From an uncultured Planctomycetota bacterium (GTDB taxonomy: Bacteria; Planctomycetota; Planctomycetia; Isosphaerales; Isosphaeraceae): DNA of 64,000 nucleotides. The position numbers and the translations under genes are program-made. This document shows positions 1 through 9,751 of the stretch, in pieces (the first letter of the stretch is position 1; each line of letters starts with the position of its first letter). The notes beneath the pieces are model-generated. The model made no database searches and had not been told where the DNA came from. It worked only from the letters and a program-made list of their open reading frames with translations. The DNA lies in assembly GCA_963737655.1 (NCBI GenBank), contig CAVTTN010000002.1:1376001-1440000 (forward strand). Reading direction: 5' to 3'.

Positions 1-206
1 AGATCGCCGATCCGCCCGGACCGCTCGCCACGATCCCCGTCCCGTTCGACCGCCCCAAGACCAGGACGCCGATGCAGGTGGCGAAGGCCGTGGGCGACGA
101 GATCGACGCGATCCTCGAGGCCGTCGGAGGGCCGGGCGCGGCCTCCGAGCACTCGGGATGGATCGACTCGGTCAAGACCGCGTCGTTGTGGTTCTGCGAG
201 TTCTAG
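1..206 (+). CDS. 3' end of hypothetical protein (partial at window edge)
   Basis: Frame 3 is open with GC3-rich codons (IADPPGPLATIPVPFDRPK...SLWFCEF) ending TAG 204-206. Confidence 0.55.
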   Translation, partial: IADPPGPLATIPVPFDRPKTRTPMQVAKAVGDEIDAILEAVGGPGAASEHSGWIDSVKTASLWFCEF

Positions 207-224
207 GACGGGAGGGGACCGGCC

Positions 225-1052
225 TCAGACCCACATCTCCTCCAGGATCGCGTTGATCCCGCTGCGGTCGAACGCCTCCGGGTCGAAGAACCCGCCCGAC
301 CATTCCATCATGTCCTGGTGCTGAGGGTGATCGGGGTTGGCGATGGCATCGAGGAAGTCGAGATAGCCCCAGGGGCCGCCGACGTCCTCGGGCGGGCAGG
401 CCCTCTTGCCGGCGAGGCATTCGGGATGCTTCGGCCCCTGGCCGGGCGGGAGGACCTTCTCGACCAGGATCTCGTGCTCCCAGTTGTCGCCGAAGTCGTA
501 GGTGTAGAAGATCTTCGACCCCTTCCCGGTGACCACGGCGCTCAGGGGGACGAGGCTGGCGTCCTCCATGTCGAGTTCGGCGGCGCCCATCGCGTCGGTG
601 TAGTCCTGGCCGTCGGCCTCGAACGAATACAGGTGGCCGTCTTCCCACCCCATCGCCTCCTGGAGGATCTGGTGGAGGAGGCTCAGGGAGCAATCGGGGA
701 CGACCAGTCGCCTCCAGATCGGCGGCCGGATGCCTCGGAGAGTGACCTTGATCTGATACGCCGTTCCCGAGACCCCGGGCGGTCGCTTCGTCTTCGCCTC
801 GGCCTCCCTCGCGGCGTTCCAGAGCGCCTCGGCGGGAGACCCCGGCTCCGGCAACCACTGCCAGACGGTCCGGATCCCCATCTTCGAGCGCACCTGATAG
901 AACAGGGCCGAGCTGATCTGCCCCGGATGACCGGCCTTCGCCCACCGGCGGTTGATCGCGTCGAGTTCGAGGCTCGAGTCCTTGCCCAGGGCCTTGCGGA
1001 GGAAGTCGGTCTTCGTCACCTTCTTCTTCGTCTCGGCCTTCTTCTTCGCCAA
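225..1052 (-). CDS. Plasmid pRiA4b ORF-3 family protein with Lys-rich N-terminal extension
   Basis: YQIKVTL..IRPPIWRR, HLYSF, YTYDFGDNWEH, RACPPEDVGG motifs; TTG start. Confidence 0.9.
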   Translation of the reverse strand: MAKKKAETKKKVTKTDFLRKALGKDSSLELDAINRRWAKAGHPGQISSALFYQVRSKMGIRTVWQWLPEPGSPAEALWNAAREAEAKTKRPPGVSGTAYQIKVTLRGIRPPIWRRLVVPDCSLSLLHQILQEAMGWEDGHLYSFEADGQDYTDAMGAAELDMEDASLVPLSAVVTGKGSKIFYTYDFGDNWEHEILVEKVLPPGQGPKHPECLAGKRACPPEDVGGPWGYLDFLDAIANPDHPQHQDMMEWSGGFFDPEAFDRSGINAILEEMWV

Positions 1053-1222
1053 GATCCACCCCCGCCCCTCTCTCGGGGCCGGACCGAGACCGGATCGTCC
1101 TGGCGAGCCCGGAGGCCGCCGATCCCGCCATATCCTGACGATTCGAAGGCCGATTGGGAAGGGCGTCGCGGGGCCAGCTCAGCGCCGGTGTCTCCTCCAG
1201 GGCCGGGGTTGGGAATTCCTGG

Positions 1223-1849
1223 CTAGCGAGCGGCCGGAGGGTTCCTCGGCGTCCAGGAGAGCTCTCGGCGGTGGGGGCATTTGCATCGCCAGAGGCCGGC
1301 TTTCGGTCGCTTGACGCGGAGGTGGACGGTCCCGCAGCCCGAGCATCGCGCCTCCCAGTTGGCGGCGCTCTCGACGCTCGGCGGCACGTCGGGCTTCCTT
1401 GCCGGGTCGCCGTGGAACTCGAAGGTGATCGGCGATCGGGCCGGGCATCGGCAGAGGTAGCGGGCGCCGGTCTGGGGCCTCCGGTAGCGGTGGTAGGTCT
1501 TGCCGCAGGCCGGGCAGGTGGCCTGCCAGTCTCCGGGCTGGAGGGCCACCTCGGGCGAACTCTCGCAGGCCCGAGGGGTGGCGCCGAGGCGGACGGCCAC
1601 CGCCTTCCACTTCGGGCCGTGGCGGGCGGAGGCGCCGGCCAGGGCGTGGGCGATCTCGTGGCGGAGGGTGTCGAGGACCGTCTCCTCGGGGCTGTTCCTC
1701 GCGTAGAACTCGGCAATCTCGATCCGTTTCGATCGATATTTGCACGCGCCAAGCTGCCTCTTGGCGTCGGTCAGGGCGAACGTCCAGCCGGTCAGGCCGT
1801 GGGCCTTCATCTCTCGGAGGGCGGTGGCCCGGAGTTCGTTCAGGTCCAT
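1223..1849 (-). CDS. SprT-like zinc metalloprotease with two C-terminal Zn ribbons
   Basis: LGAC, TLRHEIAHAL (HExxH), HGPKWK; CPACG..CRC and CSGCG..CKC. Confidence 0.85.
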   Translation of the reverse strand: MDLNELRATALREMKAHGLTGWTFALTDAKRQLGACKYRSKRIEIAEFYARNSPEETVLDTLRHEIAHALAGASARHGPKWKAVAVRLGATPRACESSPEVALQPGDWQATCPACGKTYHRYRRPQTGARYLCRCPARSPITFEFHGDPARKPDVPPSVESAANWEARCSGCGTVHLRVKRPKAGLWRCKCPHRRELSWTPRNPPAAR

Positions 1850-2307
1850 CGGTCGGCCTCGCAGGCGCGCAACATCGCCTCCAGGGGGGCCGGGTCGGCC
1901 AGGCGGTGGTCGGAGCCGATTTCGATCAGGGCCGCCGGCGGCAGGCCGCTCCGGCGGATCAGGTCTTCCGAGTCGGCGAACGGGATCACGTCGTCGGCCC
2001 GGCTGTGGAGGATCGCGGTGCCGGGCTTGACGGTCGAAACGCTGCCCCATCGCTTCCAGGCCGGGCAGAGCAGGACGAGCCGGGAGTCGCCGACGCGGAG
2101 GTTCAGCGCCACGGCCCCGCCCCGGGACGACCCCACGACGACCCGGGGCCGATGGGCGTCGAACTCCGCCTGGGCCGAGGCCACGGCGGCGGCGAAATCG
2201 TCGTCGTCCAGGGCCGGGTTGAGGACGAGGTGGCCGTTCCGGGCGAGGTGCGAGGGCTTCACGCCCCCCGGGACCGAATGCCAGCCGTGGAGGAAGAGGA
2301 TCGTCAT
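1840..2307 (-). CDS. Small alpha/beta hydrolase (YqiA/YcfP-like)
   Basis: LFLHG, GSSRGG nucleophile elbow, HSRADDVIP, DHRL. Confidence 0.85.
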   Translation of the reverse strand: MTILFLHGWHSVPGGVKPSHLARNGHLVLNPALDDDDFAAAVASAQAEFDAHRPRVVVGSSRGGAVALNLRVGDSRLVLLCPAWKRWGSVSTVKPGTAILHSRADDVIPFADSEDLIRRSGLPPAALIEIGSDHRLADPAPLEAMLRACEADRWT

Positions 2308-2409
2308 CGCGGCCCGGCCCCGGCGCCCCGCTTTGGCTGGTCTCGGGGCTCGACCGTTCCATTCTGTCCCCGGGATCTGGCCGGGACAAGGGCGATGGGG
2401 TCGGTCCGG

Positions 2410-5343
2410 TCAGGGGCCGGCGAGGGCCTCTCCGACGATCGCCCGGTCGAGGTCGGCCCAGAAGGCTCGCCAGGGGGCGCGTTCGTCCTCGGCCAGGGTG
2501 TCCCGGGCCCTGGGCTCGCGGTAGGCGGCGAGGTCCGGGTCCGTCTTGAGGGATCGGAGGGCTTCGAGGGCCTTGCGGTCGTCCTCGGGGCGGACCGGGC
2601 CGACCGTGGCGGTCCGGGCCCGAAGTTCGTCGCGGAGCCAGCCGAGGGCGAGACCTCGGCAGTCTCGGCGGGCCTGGGGGGAGGGGGGCGGGTCGTCCTT
2701 GCCTCGGCCCAGGCCCGCTCTCGCGGCGCGCCGGGCGGCGGCCGTGCGGTGACCGGGGCCGAGCGCCTCCAGGTTCCTCGGATCGGCCGACTCGGCCTCG
2801 GCGTAGAACCGCGAGGCGAAGGCGTCCCAGCCGTGGTCCCAGCAGTACCAGACGAACTCCACCCGCTCGGCGTTGTCGCGAGGCGGGGATTCGCCGCGGA
2901 TCGCCGCGAGGCAGCGGGCGAGGCCCTCGGCCTGGCGGAGGGCCTCCTTGACGACCGGCCCTTCGGAGTGCCCGGAGGGGACGAGCCGGAGGGCTTCCTT
3001 CAACGACGCGATCGCCCCGGGGGCGTCCGCCCGGCGGAGGCGGACCACGCCCAGGTCGTGCCAGATGGAGAACTGAGCCGGCCAGATCCGCGACGCCCCG
3101 AGCAGCTCGGCCTCGGCCTCGGCCAGATAACCCCCCTCGGCGAGGCTGGCGCCCAGGGCCATTCGGAGCTGGTGGGCGCCCAGGGGCCGGGCCGAGACCG
3201 CCTTGCGGTAGCAGGCGATCGCGTCATCCCAGCGCCTCCGGGCGCCGAGGACGTTGCCGAGGTTGTAGTGGGCCAGGGCCGATCCGGGCTGGAGGCGGAT
3301 CGCCTCGCGGAGCTGGGCCTCGGCGGAATCCAGGTCGCCCAGGGCCTGGCGGAGAATCCCCAGGCGGGTCCGGGCGGTGGCCGATCCGGGCCTCAGCGCG
3401 ACGGCGGCCACGGCGAACGGCTCGGCGTCTCGGGGTCTGGGCGAGTCGAGCGAGAGGACCAGGGCGAGGTCCAGGTTGATCCAGAAGTCCTCCGGGTGGG
3501 CCTTCCAGGCGCGGGCCAGGGCGGTCCGGCAGTCGTCGAACCGCCCGGCCCAGATCAGCATTCGTCCGAGGAGCCAGAGGCTGGAGGCGGGGCGGGTCTC
3601 CAGGTCGTTGGCCGAGGCGAGCCGGGCGACGGCCTGGCGGTCTCCGGCTTCCAGGGCGTCCCTCAGGGCGTCTCGCCACGGGTCGGGGTCGGCGGCCCGG
3701 GCGGCGGCCAGGGGGGGTCCCCACGACGGACCGGAGGCGGGATTCCCGTCGGACCGGCGGTCTCGGCGGACGATCGCCCAGCAGTCCAGGGCCGCCACGA
3801 TGGCTCGGGCCACGTCGCGAGGCCGCCCCGCCACGACCCGGCCGATCGTCTCGCCCCGGCTGACGTCCAGCCCGGCCTCGCGGAACGCGGAGTCGAACGA
3901 GGCCTCGGCGTCGGTCAGGTCGCGCTCATCGACGAGGGAGCGGGCGGCCTCCAGGCGATCGAGGAGCCTCGCGTCGGACTCGGCCAGGGCGAGCCCCGAC
4001 TCGACCCGCCTGGTCAGGGCCTCCAGGCGCGATCGCGAGATGAGGTCGGAGGAGCCGGCCAGAGGGGCCGCCAGGCGACCCAGGGCGTCCCGGGCGGCCC
4101 TCCACGGGGCGGGATCGCCGCTGGGGTCGCCGGCGGCCGAATCGCTGAGGAGCTCGACCTCCTTCATCGCCGCCCGGGCCCTCTCGCGGAGGTCCTGGCG
4201 ATGGCGGGCGACCACGGCCAGCCCGAACCCGCCGACGGCCGCGAGGGCCACGAGCGAGGTGGCCAGGGCCACGGCCAGCCGTCGGCGGGTCTTCTCCTCG
4301 GCGGCTCGGGCCCGGGCCGAGGCCGCGTCGAGCTCGGCCCGCCGGAGCCGTTCCCCCACGCCGTCGAGATGGGCCGTCAGCCGGTCGGCCACCTCCTGGG
4401 CGTCCCGGGGCCGGGCCCCGGGGTCGGCGGACAGGCATCGCCGGGTCAAGTCGGCGAGCTCCGGGTCGATCGGACTCGATTCCAGGCGGGCCAGGGCCTC
4501 GGAGAGGTCCGCCGCCTCGCACCTCTGGCGGACCTCCTCGGGCGTCGGCGCGTGGAAGGGCGGCTGGCCGGTCAGGATCTCGCAGAGGATCGCGCCGAGG
4601 CTGAAGACGTCGGCCCTCTCGTCGGCCCGGCCCTGCCCTCGGACCAGGTCCGGCGAGAGGTAGCCGGGCGTCCCCCGGACCGGACCGGCGTTCCCGGCGC
4701 CGTCGAGGACCTCGGCCAGCCCCCAATCCATCACGAGGACCTCGCCATACTGGCCGACCATCACGTTGGACGGCGTGAGGTCGCGGTGGACCACGCCTCG
4801 GCCGTGGGCGTAGGCGACCGTCCGGCAGACCTGGAGGAACAGGCCGAGCAGCCGGGGCAGGTCGCGGCCGTCCCCGGGGCGGCCGTCCAGGATCGCGGCG
4901 AGCGTCCGGCCCCGGACCAGCCTCATGGCGAAGAACGGGCGGCCGTCGTCCAGGGTGCCCATCCCGTGGACCGAGACGATCCCGGGATGTTCCAGACGCC
5001 CGCAGATCCGGGCTTCCTCGAGGAACCGGGCGACCATCTCGGGTCGGTCTCGGTGCTTCTCCAGGAGCACCTTGACGGCGACGTCCCGGCCGAGGGCCGG
5101 GTCGTGGCCTCGGAGGATCACGCCCATCCCGCCCCGGGCGATCTCGTCGCGGAGGAGCAGGGCCTCGCCGACGGGAGGGTCGAGGTGGACCGGGACGGTC
5201 GCGACGCCGAGGGGCCCCGGAGGGCCGCCGAGGAACGTCTCGTCCCCCAGGCCGATCCTCAGGAGACACCGCGGGCACATCCCGCCGGGCGAGCCCTCGG
5301 GGCGGGGCGATCCGCAGGTCGGGCAGGGGTTCGGCTCGCGCAT
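2410..5343 (-). CDS. Ser/Thr protein kinase with TM helix and TPR repeats
   Basis: ARGGMG, VAVK, HRDLTPSN, DWGLA; N-terminal CPTCG/CPRC; TPR-like AHYNLGNVL. Confidence 0.9.
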   Translation of the reverse strand: MREPNPCPTCGSPRPEGSPGGMCPRCLLRIGLGDETFLGGPPGPLGVATVPVHLDPPVGEALLLRDEIARGGMGVILRGHDPALGRDVAVKVLLEKHRDRPEMVARFLEEARICGRLEHPGIVSVHGMGTLDDGRPFFAMRLVRGRTLAAILDGRPGDGRDLPRLLGLFLQVCRTVAYAHGRGVVHRDLTPSNVMVGQYGEVLVMDWGLAEVLDGAGNAGPVRGTPGYLSPDLVRGQGRADERADVFSLGAILCEILTGQPPFHAPTPEEVRQRCEAADLSEALARLESSPIDPELADLTRRCLSADPGARPRDAQEVADRLTAHLDGVGERLRRAELDAASARARAAEEKTRRRLAVALATSLVALAAVGGFGLAVVARHRQDLRERARAAMKEVELLSDSAAGDPSGDPAPWRAARDALGRLAAPLAGSSDLISRSRLEALTRRVESGLALAESDARLLDRLEAARSLVDERDLTDAEASFDSAFREAGLDVSRGETIGRVVAGRPRDVARAIVAALDCWAIVRRDRRSDGNPASGPSWGPPLAAARAADPDPWRDALRDALEAGDRQAVARLASANDLETRPASSLWLLGRMLIWAGRFDDCRTALARAWKAHPEDFWINLDLALVLSLDSPRPRDAEPFAVAAVALRPGSATARTRLGILRQALGDLDSAEAQLREAIRLQPGSALAHYNLGNVLGARRRWDDAIACYRKAVSARPLGAHQLRMALGASLAEGGYLAEAEAELLGASRIWPAQFSIWHDLGVVRLRRADAPGAIASLKEALRLVPSGHSEGPVVKEALRQAEGLARCLAAIRGESPPRDNAERVEFVWYCWDHGWDAFASRFYAEAESADPRNLEALGPGHRTAAARRAARAGLGRGKDDPPPSPQARRDCRGLALGWLRDELRARTATVGPVRPEDDRKALEALRSLKTDPDLAAYREPRARDTLAEDERAPWRAFWADLDRAIVGEALAGP

Positions 5344-5443
5344 CGGGGCCTCATCGGCGGGGGCCGATCGAATCGAACGAATGGCCCCTGCCCCATCGGT
5401 AAGGTGTCCCCGGCCGGACCTGACGAGGCGACATCCAGGCGGC

Positions 5444-6172
5444 TCAGACGGCCAGGGCCGTGAACAGGTCGCGGATCTCGTCGTCGATCTCGGCCTCATC
5501 GACCCGCCCGCCGTCTCCGGGGTCGAGCGTGGCGGCGACCTCCTCGCGGAGGGCCGCCCGGTAGCGGCGGCGGAGCCGGACGACGGCCGCCTGGACGGCC
5601 GCCTCGGTCGTCCCGAGCTCGGCGGCGATCTCGGCATACGGGGCGGCGAGGCTCGCGTCGGTCAGCACCGGGCGGAGCCTCTCGAACAGAAGGCCCCGGC
5701 CCGCCTGCGCCTCCCCCCGGGCCAGCCGATCGACGGCCCGGCCCAGGAGGTCCAGGGCCCAGGCGCGATCGAACAGGGCCTCCGGGTCGAGACGGCCCGA
5801 GGGCTCCAGCCGATACCGCCGGTCGGCGTCCTTGACGTCAAACCGCAAGACCCCGGGCGCCTTCCTCTTCTTCGCCTGCCGACGGTCGCGCTGGTCGGCC
5901 AGGAAGAAGACGCAATCGGTCCTCAGAAGGGAGCGAAACCGCCCCTTGGCCCGGTCGGCCGCGCGGAGGAGCCGGCCTCCGAGGAGCCTGAGGAAATACT
6001 CCTGGGTGAGGTCGGCCGCGTCGTCGGCCGGATAGCCCCGGGACCGGATGAACGAATAGATCGGATACCAGTAGGCCCGGCAGAGGGTCGCCTGGGCCTC
6101 GGGCGCCCCGGGCGAGGCCGGGTCCGAAGCGTCGGAGACGCTCGCCCACTGGGTCGTCGGGAACACCGCCAT
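5444..6172 (-). CDS. ECF sigma-70 factor (kinase-associated type)
   Basis: FPTTQWASV, LCRAYWYPIYSFIR, DAADLTQEYF, KGRFRSLL, C-terminal HTH YAEIAAELG. Confidence 0.9.
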   Translation of the reverse strand: MAVFPTTQWASVSDASDPASPGAPEAQATLCRAYWYPIYSFIRSRGYPADDAADLTQEYFLRLLGGRLLRAADRAKGRFRSLLRTDCVFFLADQRDRRQAKKRKAPGVLRFDVKDADRRYRLEPSGRLDPEALFDRAWALDLLGRAVDRLARGEAQAGRGLLFERLRPVLTDASLAAPYAEIAAELGTTEAAVQAAVVRLRRRYRAALREEVAATLDPGDGGRVDEAEIDDEIRDLFTALAV

Positions 6173-6476
6173 CGTCGGGCCTCCGCATCGGAGCCCCGGG
6201 CCGTCGCACGATCGCCGCGAGACGGAACCGGCCTTCGAGGTCGGAGCGCGAGGATAGCCGTCGGATCGCCGATTTGCCAGCGCCTTATGATAAAAAGTGA
6301 CATTTCCTAGCGCGGAGACCGCTGATTGACCGGGAACCGCGCCGAACTCGTTCCCTTTTGTCACCCCGTCCGGGCCAGGGCCCGCCCCCGTTCTCCGGGA
6401 CGAAGCCACCCCCCACCGAGAAGCCCCGAGGAGAATCCGGCCGAGGCCCACACCGGGCCAGACGGCTCCCCGGCGG

Positions 6477-7073
6477 TCAGGGCCCGCCCTCGCCCCCGGC
6501 CCCTTCCGCGGACTTCCGATTCCGGTACAGCGACGGATCGACGGCCTCGACCATCGCCGGGACGTCCGCCCGGCCTCCGAGAAACGCGCCGACCCTGGCC
6601 GCCTCCTCCTCGGGATGGTCGATCAGGTCGCTGTACTTGACGTTCAGGACGCGGAGATGGTCCTGCTCGGCCAGCCACGCCCGGAGCTTCTCCAGGTGCT
6701 GAACGAACGCCTTCTTGATCGGCTCCCTCGGGCCGGCGGGCCGGTTCAGCCGCGCCAGCATCTTCTCCTGGGAGACGAGCATCTCGTCGAGGTCTCGCTC
6801 CATGAAGATCACGAGATAGCGCTCGGATCGGGGCAGGTCGTAGAGGAGCTGGGAGACCATCTTGACGGCCTTGCCGCGCGTCTCGGGGACCCAGGCGGCG
6901 TCTTCCTTGATCTTCTTGACGCGTTCGAACTCGTAATATCCTCGGGGATTATCGACGTCGGCCTCGCGGATCACGTCCGTGACGGCCTCGATGCCGCCGC
7001 GGTCGAGCATCTGCATCATCAAGGACGTGCCCGATCGGGGGAGGCCGGAGACGACGATGATCTCGGGATTCAT
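6477..7073 (-). CDS. Sulfotransferase family protein
   Basis: VVSGLPRSGTSLMM PAPS-binding loop; NPRGYYEFE. Confidence 0.9.
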   Translation of the reverse strand: MNPEIIVVSGLPRSGTSLMMQMLDRGGIEAVTDVIREADVDNPRGYYEFERVKKIKEDAAWVPETRGKAVKMVSQLLYDLPRSERYLVIFMERDLDEMLVSQEKMLARLNRPAGPREPIKKAFVQHLEKLRAWLAEQDHLRVLNVKYSDLIDHPEEEAARVGAFLGGRADVPAMVEAVDPSLYRNRKSAEGAGGEGGP

Positions 7074-7324
7074 GGGCGGGGGCTCTCGCCGATCCAGAAA
7101 GGGCCGTCACGTTCGAGGTCCGGCGATCCTATCCGATCCGCCGGCCCCCGCTCCAGAGCGGAAACCCCGGGTCTCAGGACCGTTTCCTCGGCCTCGCGAG
7201 CCAATCGAAAAAATCCTCGGAATTTCCTGGCAGAAGCCGGGCCATTTGGGGCATTTATTAAGGGAGGCGGGGCGGTCGGGAGGTCCTCCGATCGTCCGTC
7301 CCGGAGCCGGGAGGGGGGCGAACC

Positions 7325-9751
7325 TTGATTGGACGTGGCCTGCAACTCGTCGCGGCGGCCCTGGCCCTCGGGATCGGCTCGGCGTCGGCCGACGAGCCCA
7401 ACTCCCCCCCGAAGCCCTCGCCCGAGGGGGCGCCGTCGGAGCGATTCGCGAAGGACGTCGTCCCGTTCCTGGCCTCGCACTGCTTCGCCTGCCACGGGAA
7501 CGGCAAGGCTCGCGGCGACGTGACGTTGGACAAATCCCGGGGCGCGAAGGACGTCCTCAAGGACCGCGACCTCTGGGAACGCGTCACGGAGATGGTCCGC
7601 ACCGGCGAGATGCCCCCCAAGAGCAAGGACAAGGACAAGGACCAGGCCAACGTCCGGCCCCGGCCCGACCCCGCCGAGGCCGAGGCCGCGATGAAGGCCC
7701 TCGACGACGTCCTCGCCCAGTACGATTGCTCCGGCCCCCGCGACTTCGGCCGGGTGACGATCCGCCGCCTGAACCGGACCGAGTACAACAACACGATCCG
7801 AGACCTCGTCGGCGTCGATTTCAAGCCCTCGGCCGACTTCCCCAATGACGACGTCGGCTACGGCTTCGACAACATCGGCGACGTGCTCTCCGTCTCGCCG
7901 ATGCTCCTCGAAAAGTACCTCACGGCCGCCGAGGAGGTCTTCGAGCGCGCCATCGTGATCGCCGACCCTCCGAAGCCGAAGGCCGAGCGCCTGGGCAGCC
8001 CCAAGGCGTCGTTCAACGCCGGCCGGGATCGTCGCGGGGGCGGCCAGTTCCTCTTCGGCAAGGGGCAGATCTCGGGGCAGATCTACCTCGACGAGGGGGA
8101 TTACACGATCAAGGCCACCGTCTTCGGCCAGCAACGCGGAGACGAGCCGGTCAAGGGGGCGATCCGAGTCGGCCGAGACGAGGTCTTCCGGTTCGAGACG
8201 AACGCGACCGAGGAGAAGCCCGAGACGATCGAGGCGAAGGTGCGGATCAAGGCCGGGTCGAAGACGATCGGAGTCGCCTTCCTCAACCCGTTCACCGAGC
8301 CGGCGAAGCCCGACGAGAAGGCCGAGAATCCCGAGCCCGCCCCGAAGGACCCGAAGAAGGCCGACCCGTTCCGACCCGTCGATCCCGACACGCATCAGCG
8401 GGTCCTGGTCGTCCGCAACATCGCCCTGGATGGCCCGTACAACCCGCCTCCGCCCGACCTGCCCGAGACCCACCGGCGGATCTTCGCCCACAAGCCCGGC
8501 CTGGAGCCTCGCGAGGCCGCCCGGGAGATCGTCGCGAGGTTCGCCGACCGCGCCTTCCGCCGGCCGAGCCGACCGGAGGAGGTCGATCGCCTCCTGAAGC
8601 TCTACGACCGGGCCGAAAAGGAAGGCGAACGGTTCGAGGACCGCGTCCGCCTGGCCCTCGAAGGGGTCCTCGTCTGGCCCGATTTCCTGTTCCGGGTCGA
8701 GTCGCAGGCGCCCGGCCTGGCGCCGGGAATGAGCGAGCCGATCGGCGAGTACGAGCTGGCCTCCCGGCTCTCGTACTTCCTCTGGAGCAGCATGCCGGAC
8801 GCCGAACTGTTCGACCTCGCCGCCCGGGGGAAGCTCCGGGAGAACATCGACGCCCAGGTCCGCCGGATGCTCGCCGACCCGAAGTCGATCGCCTTCGTCC
8901 AGAACTTCTCCGGCCAGTGGCTGACCACGAGGAAGCTCGCCTACGTGGCGCCCGACCCGGAGACGTTCCCCGGCTTCGACGACGAGCTCCGCTCCGCGAT
9001 GACGAAGGAAACGGAACTCTTCTTCGAGGCGATCCTCCGCGAGAATCGCGGCATCCTCGACCTCCTCGACGCCGATTTCAGCTTCCTCAATGAGCGATTG
9101 GCGAGACATTACGGGATCGTCGGCGTGACCGGGCCCGAGTTCCGCCGGGTGAAGCTTCCGCCGAACCGCGGAGGCGTCTTGACCCAGGCGAGCATCCTCA
9201 CGCTGACCTCGAACCCGACGCGGACCTCCCCCGTGAAGCGAGGCAAGTGGGTGCTCGACCAGATCCTCGGCACGCCTCCGCCGCCCCCTCCGCCGGACGT
9301 CCCCTCGCTGCCCGACGAGAAGCAATTGACCGGCTCGCTCCGCAAGGTCATGGAGCAGCACCGGGCCAACGCCCTGTGCGCCTCGTGCCACCAGAGGATG
9401 GACCCGATCGGCTTCGCGTTCGAGAATTTCGACGCCGTCGGCGCCTGGCGAGACAAGGACGGCGATTCGCCGATCGACGCGTCCGGCGTCTTGCCCGGAG
9501 GCCAGTCGTTCCAGGGCCCGGCCGATCTCAAAACGATCCTCCGGGGGAAGAGAGACCAGTTCAGCCGCTGCCTGGTCGAAAAAGTGCTCACGTACGCCCT
9601 CGGCCGAGGGTTAGAATCGTATGACCGTTGCGCAGTCGATGAAATCCTGGACGCCGTCCGCAAGGACGAGGACCGATTCGCCACCCTGATCGTCGCGGTG
9701 GCCCGGAGCGGACCATTCCTGATGAGAACAGCCGGAGGGGACGAGCCATGA
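7325..9751 (+). CDS. DUF1592/DUF1588/DUF1587/DUF1585 cytochrome c-type (PSD/PSCyt) protein
   Basis: Signal peptide, CFACH and CASCH heme motifs, RRLNRTEYNNTIRDL, ELASRLSYFLWSSMPD, TSPVKRGKW. Confidence 0.92.
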   Translation: MIGRGLQLVAAALALGIGSASADEPNSPPKPSPEGAPSERFAKDVVPFLASHCFACHGNGKARGDVTLDKSRGAKDVLKDRDLWERVTEMVRTGEMPPKSKDKDKDQANVRPRPDPAEAEAAMKALDDVLAQYDCSGPRDFGRVTIRRLNRTEYNNTIRDLVGVDFKPSADFPNDDVGYGFDNIGDVLSVSPMLLEKYLTAAEEVFERAIVIADPPKPKAERLGSPKASFNAGRDRRGGGQFLFGKGQISGQIYLDEGDYTIKATVFGQQRGDEPVKGAIRVGRDEVFRFETNATEEKPETIEAKVRIKAGSKTIGVAFLNPFTEPAKPDEKAENPEPAPKDPKKADPFRPVDPDTHQRVLVVRNIALDGPYNPPPPDLPETHRRIFAHKPGLEPREAAREIVARFADRAFRRPSRPEEVDRLLKLYDRAEKEGERFEDRVRLALEGVLVWPDFLFRVESQAPGLAPGMSEPIGEYELASRLSYFLWSSMPDAELFDLAARGKLRENIDAQVRRMLADPKSIAFVQNFSGQWLTTRKLAYVAPDPETFPGFDDELRSAMTKETELFFEAILRENRGILDLLDADFSFLNERLARHYGIVGVTGPEFRRVKLPPNRGGVLTQASILTLTSNPTRTSPVKRGKWVLDQILGTPPPPPPPDVPSLPDEKQLTGSLRKVMEQHRANALCASCHQRMDPIGFAFENFDAVGAWRDKDGDSPIDASGVLPGGQSFQGPADLKTILRGKRDQFSRCLVEKVLTYALGRGLESYDRCAVDEILDAVRKDEDRFATLIVAVARSGPFLMRTAGGDEP

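Noticed and set aside
1906..5463. Long antisense or alternate-frame ORFs (e.g. 1185 aa here, 980 aa at 19577-22519, 916 aa at 33643-36393)
   Set aside because: High-GC shadows of real genes; Arg/Gly/Pro-rich with no recognisable motifs
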